From positions 7,864,672-7,928,671 of the forward strand of contig NW_003526943.1 of NCBI RefSeq assembly GCF_000181795.1: a DNA stretch of 64,000 nucleotides, written 5' to 3'. A model generated the notes under the pieces. The model had not been told where the DNA came from. It worked only from the letters and a program-made list of their open reading frames with translations, and searched no databases. A program made the position numbers and the translations under genes. Shown one piece after another: positions 63,801-64,000 of this stretch. This DNA comes from Trichinella spiralis. Taxonomy: Eukaryota. Position 1 is the stretch's first letter. Each line of letters begins with the position of its first letter.

Positions 63801-64000
63801 GCAATGAAAATTCTACAATTTATTGGAAAATATATTACCAATGAATTGAATGAAATAAAACATTATTCGTTCGTTCTCTTTCAAATCTACCTTATTACAA
63901 AATCAGTCGTAAAAATTGTTCGTTTGTTCTTGATTATCAGATACAGTAATGAAATGGTATCGTTTTAATTTAATGCTCGTTAAATTTATAAAAAAAGAAA

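Overview
AT-rich eukaryotic DNA with short GT-AG introns, most consistent with a clade I nematode such as Trichinella. This is inferred from an IFA-type intermediate filament gene, a FLYWCH/MULE relic and intron style. The left part (1-17.5 kb) holds PRORP/MRPP3 (partial), COA6 only 43 nt upstream of it, a complete non-autonomous hAT element, an intronless ionotropic-receptor-like ORF, a CD39/GDA1 NTPDase, four tRNA genes around an SGF29 pseudogene, and a BRI3-like gene. The middle (~18.1-39.0 kb) is a ~21 kb amplified, rearranged region made of two nested inverted repeats plus extra direct copies. It carries 11 copies of a 75-nt structured A-box/B-box (Pol III-type) unit, duplicated KH-like ORFs facing a 10-N gap, duplicated REEP/HVA22 exons, a probable solo LTR, a piggyBac-like relic and a one-ended Buster-type hAT with a disrupted transposase. 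The right part (39.5-64 kb) holds Mn-SOD, two tandem divergent PINIT/SP-RING (PIAS-like) genes and a cytoplasmic intermediate filament gene. The most novel-looking items are the structured Pol III-type RNA unit family inside the nested palindrome and the ultra-compact COA6-PRORP pair. All calls were made by eye, without database searches.
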